Below are positions 61,509 to 64,000 of a stretch of 64,000 nucleotides of DNA, piece after piece. The translations under genes were made by a program, and so were the position numbers. Each line of letters opens with the position of its first letter. Positions within the stretch are counted from its first letter, which is position 1. The DNA lies in IMG/VR virus record IMGVR_UViG_3300037804_000252, positions 24,700 through 88,699 of that record. The stretch is one strand, 5' to 3'. This DNA is from a virus. The notes beneath the pieces were generated by a model. The model was not told the DNA's origin. It saw only the letters and a program-made list of their open reading frames with translations, and ran no database searches.

Positions 61509-61955
61509 TTATTTATAAATTTTGAATGGAGCGGTTCGGTTTAGATATCCTTCATAATCTTTTCTGAATTCTTCTAATCGAGGTTCAATATCATCCGATT
61601 TAATAATCCAAAATTGTGCACCTGCCGATTTTGCTTTTACAATTTCTTGATTATCATCTGATGATGAGATGATACCAATTACACATCCGTTACCATATTC
61701 AAAATTGATTTTACGAATAAGTTCAATACCATCATATGAAGAACCGATAATATTCAAATCTACGAATACACATTCGGGTCTTTCATCTGCAGGGTTTTCA
61801 GGAAACCATTGTTTGAATTTTTCATCTGCTTCATCAGATGAATTTAGTGCCTCTAAAGATAGAGTGATATCCAAGATACTACAAGCATCTTCAAATACCA
61901 AGTGGAATAAGTCCTCATCATCCACTAACAAGATTGAGTTAATCATTGTGTTCAT
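61509..61955 (-). CDS. Stand-alone response regulator receiver domain
   Basis: ILLVDDE, phospho-acceptor FVDLNI, DGIELI, ISSS, conserved Lys in GAQFWIIK. Confidence 0.9.
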   Translation of the reverse strand: MNTMINSILLVDDEDLFHLVFEDACSILDITLSLEALNSSDEADEKFKQWFPENPADERPECVFVDLNIIGSSYDGIELIRKINFEYGNGCVIGIISSSDDNQEIVKAKSAGAQFWIIKSDDIEPRLEEFRKDYEGYLNRTAPFKIYK

Positions 61956-63184
61956 TTTAATTTAATTTTTAATTTTGTACCAGAGTCTAACTTCTCTGCA
62001 GTTATCTTAAAACCATGTTCTTTCAAAATTGCGATACAAATGTTTAATCCCAATCCTGAACCTCCTTCTTTTTGTCCTTCTTTTCTTGTATATGGTTTAG
62101 ATAACGTAATGAACTCTTCATTAGTAATACCTCTACCATTATCTTCCACACAAATTGTAGAATCATTTTCCATATAAATTTTAACCATCTTTGTACTACT
62201 ATCATTATACTTTAATCCATTTCTGATTAAGTTATCTATTGCTGTACAAAAGAGTGGTTCGTTTACTTCAGTAAATGGTAACCTCTCTATTTTAACTTGT
62301 GAAACATAAGATGTAGAGGATAAGTAATTTCTCAGTATTTCTGATAAGTTACATTCCTTCATATCTAATTGTGCATCTTCTTTAACTAAGTTTGTAAATT
62401 CTTTAACACCAGCGTAAACCTTTTGTGTGTGTTTCAATCCTTCTGCTAACATCCTTAGTGGAGCATCAATTTTTAATTGTTTAATTTTTTCTTCAGATAA
62501 TCTTCTTTGTAGTGATGATAATCCTCTTGGCATATATGTGTTGATACCACTATGCATATCATGTCGGAGAATCTTTGCAGCGTGTTCTAAGTAAGAGTTT
62601 TTCTGATTAACTTCTACTTCTGCTAGGTGTTGTAATGTTGTATCGGTTGCTATCTTTAGAACTTTATCGTAACCACCCTTTATACCCTTAATAGGAGTAT
62701 AGTTACCAAATAACCAACGAGATGTTCCATCCTTTGCTATTCGTTCAAATTCACCACTTATATTTTCTCCTCTTTTTAATCTCTGCCAAAACTCTCTATA
62801 TTCCAAACTTTCCCCATATTGCTTTGGAACCATATTCTTATGTGCCTTATGTTTTAATTCCTTTTCGGTAAACTTAAACGTATTACGAAACTTTGAATTG
62901 GATTCTATTATATATCCATCCATATCCAACATTACAACTAAGTTTGATTTATCAATTGCTGCTAATTGTAAATCAATATTCTTTTCTTTGAGTTTTGTAC
63001 TTTTGATGAAATTATATATGACATAAGAAAATGGTGGTATAAATAGAATTATACAACCATATCCAAATTCGGCTAAAAGATAAGAAGGTTCAAGCCATCT
63101 AAATATAATACAAGTTTGTACTATAAAAAAGATGAATATAATAGAACCTGCTATGCCTAAACATATTTTTGCGAACTTATTCAT
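61952..63184 (-). CDS. Membrane-anchored PAS/PAC sensor histidine kinase
   Basis: Two N-terminal TM segments; PAS/PAC (GEFERIAKDGTSRW...ATDTT); H-box RHDMHS; NLIRNGLKY, EDNGRGI and GSGLGL boxes. Confidence 0.9.
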   Translation of the reverse strand: MNKFAKICLGIAGSIIFIFFIVQTCIIFRWLEPSYLLAEFGYGCIILFIPPFSYVIYNFIKSTKLKEKNIDLQLAAIDKSNLVVMLDMDGYIIESNSKFRNTFKFTEKELKHKAHKNMVPKQYGESLEYREFWQRLKRGENISGEFERIAKDGTSRWLFGNYTPIKGIKGGYDKVLKIATDTTLQHLAEVEVNQKNSYLEHAAKILRHDMHSGINTYMPRGLSSLQRRLSEEKIKQLKIDAPLRMLAEGLKHTQKVYAGVKEFTNLVKEDAQLDMKECNLSEILRNYLSSTSYVSQVKIERLPFTEVNEPLFCTAIDNLIRNGLKYNDSSTKMVKIYMENDSTICVEDNGRGITNEEFITLSKPYTRKEGQKEGGSGLGLNICIAILKEHGFKITAEKLDSGTKLKIKLK

Positions 63185-63218
63185 AAATGATTTATAATTC
63201 TTTAATGATTATAAATAT

Positions 63219-63244
63219 AAAAAAAGGAGCGCTAATGCGCTCCT
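63219..63244 (-). terminator. Rho-independent terminator
   Basis: Minus strand AGGAGCGC-ATTA-GCGCTCCT followed by a T-tract; late box 63210-63217 lies just beyond it. Confidence 0.85.
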
Positions 63245-63279
63245 GTCTATATAAAATTCCCCTAAGGTGGGAGTTAAAT

Positions 63280-63492
63280 TTACTTTTTAATTGCTCCCTT
63301 AGACATGCCACTAGTTCGCGGTTTTCTTTTTTTAGGAGTAGAAACTGCTGCCTTAGAATTTCCACTTTTAGTAAAAGTTGATTTTGAAGAGCCACTTCCT
63401 TTTTTAGTCTTTGGAGTTTTCTTTACAATTTTTTCACTTACTAATTCCTTGGGTGAAAATAGGCTTTTTAACCAGTTAATAATTTTTTTCAT
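63280..63492 (-). CDS. Small basic protein with amphipathic N-terminus
   Basis: MKKIINWLKSLF then Lys-rich tail; own late box 63516-63523 and downstream terminator. Confidence 0.55.
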   Translation of the reverse strand: MKKIINWLKSLFSPKELVSEKIVKKTPKTKKGSGSSKSTFTKSGNSKAAVSTPKKRKPRTSGMSKGAIKK

Positions 63493-63523
63493 GTTAATTA
63501 ATGATTGTTATATGTTATAAATA

Positions 63524-64000
63524 TTATTGAGGAGCGTAAGATAACCAAGTAGTTACAATATACTTGTTATCTGATAAGGGAGTGTGGCCTTTATGGACAA
63601 ATGGGAATGACGCAGGGTGAATTAATAATTGACCTTTTTTAGGTTTTACTTTTAATCCTGTATATAACATTTCGGTTTCTCCACCTTCTTCAACATCATT
63701 TAGGTATAAAATAAATACAAACAACCTACGTGACATTTCAAATGTTCCGGTTTCGGCATGCCATCCATTATAATGACCCTTGTTTTTATCATACTTTTGG
63801 ATTTGCATTAATTCGTAAAAAGTAGTATTATAAAATAATTCACCTTTTCCAAATTCTTCTTGATAAGGAAGTTGACCTAAAAACTCTTCTGAGAGGATTT
63901 CATTAAATGCATTATTAATTACATCAACATATGTTCCCATTACTTCAGGGAATTCATACATATTAAGATCTGTAGTTAATTTAACATTATTATCAACACC
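63524..64000 (-). CDS. 2OG-Fe(II) oxygenase (N-terminus beyond window end)
   Basis: GWHAE, LYLNDVEEGGET, HKG and KY motifs; frame stays open to the window edge (GVDNNVKLTTDLN before the track's Met). Confidence 0.85.
   Translation of the reverse strand, partial: GVDNNVKLTTDLNMYEFPEVMGTYVDVINNAFNEILSEEFLGQLPYQEEFGKGELFYNTTFYELMQIQKYDKNKGHYNGWHAETGTFEMSRRLFVFILYLNDVEEGGETEMLYTGLKVKPKKGQLLIHPASFPFVHKGHTPLSDNKYIVTTWLSYAPQ

Noticed and set aside
2138-63520. Many + strand and alternate-frame ORFs in the ORF track
   Set aside because: They overlap well-supported minus-strand genes and have shadow-like composition; only the hand-found 32790-32957 ORF has its own gap and signals
450-63523. Reading TATAAATA as standard T4 late promoters firing on the + strand
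   Set aside because: No + strand genes follow them; spacing fits the minus-strand starts
1-64000. tRNA, rRNA, IS elements or alternative genetic code
   Set aside because: None recognised; intergenic gaps are short and long ORFs translate cleanly with the standard code

Overview
The whole window is an AT-rich segment of a large T4-like (myovirus) phage genome, with almost every gene on the minus strand. It holds a head cluster (gp13-like neck, major capsid, acidic scaffold, gp21 protease, portal, large terminase) interleaved with modular putative head-cargo proteins, and a baseplate/tail-fibre cluster (gp5-, gp25- and gp6-like, a 3162-aa fibre-like protein with a Hint domain, a 1208-aa fibre with an S74 chaperone). 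It also holds a primase, an SbcD-SbcC fusion and a PAS-kinase/response-regulator operon. Three exact TTTG-N20-TATATTTG promoters point to a Bacteroidota host. About 14 intergenic boxes read TAT(T/C)TAT(A/T)-like (mostly TATTTATA) on the coding strand, the reverse complement of the T4 late promoter. The most striking candidate system is a phage-encoded ADP-heptose kinase/adenylyltransferase plus a TibC/Aah-type protein O-heptosyltransferase, alongside a visible excess of [S/T]-[G/A/S]-S tripeptides in surface virion proteins, which suggests the phage glycosylates its own particle. All family calls come from motif recognition by eye; no database search was run.
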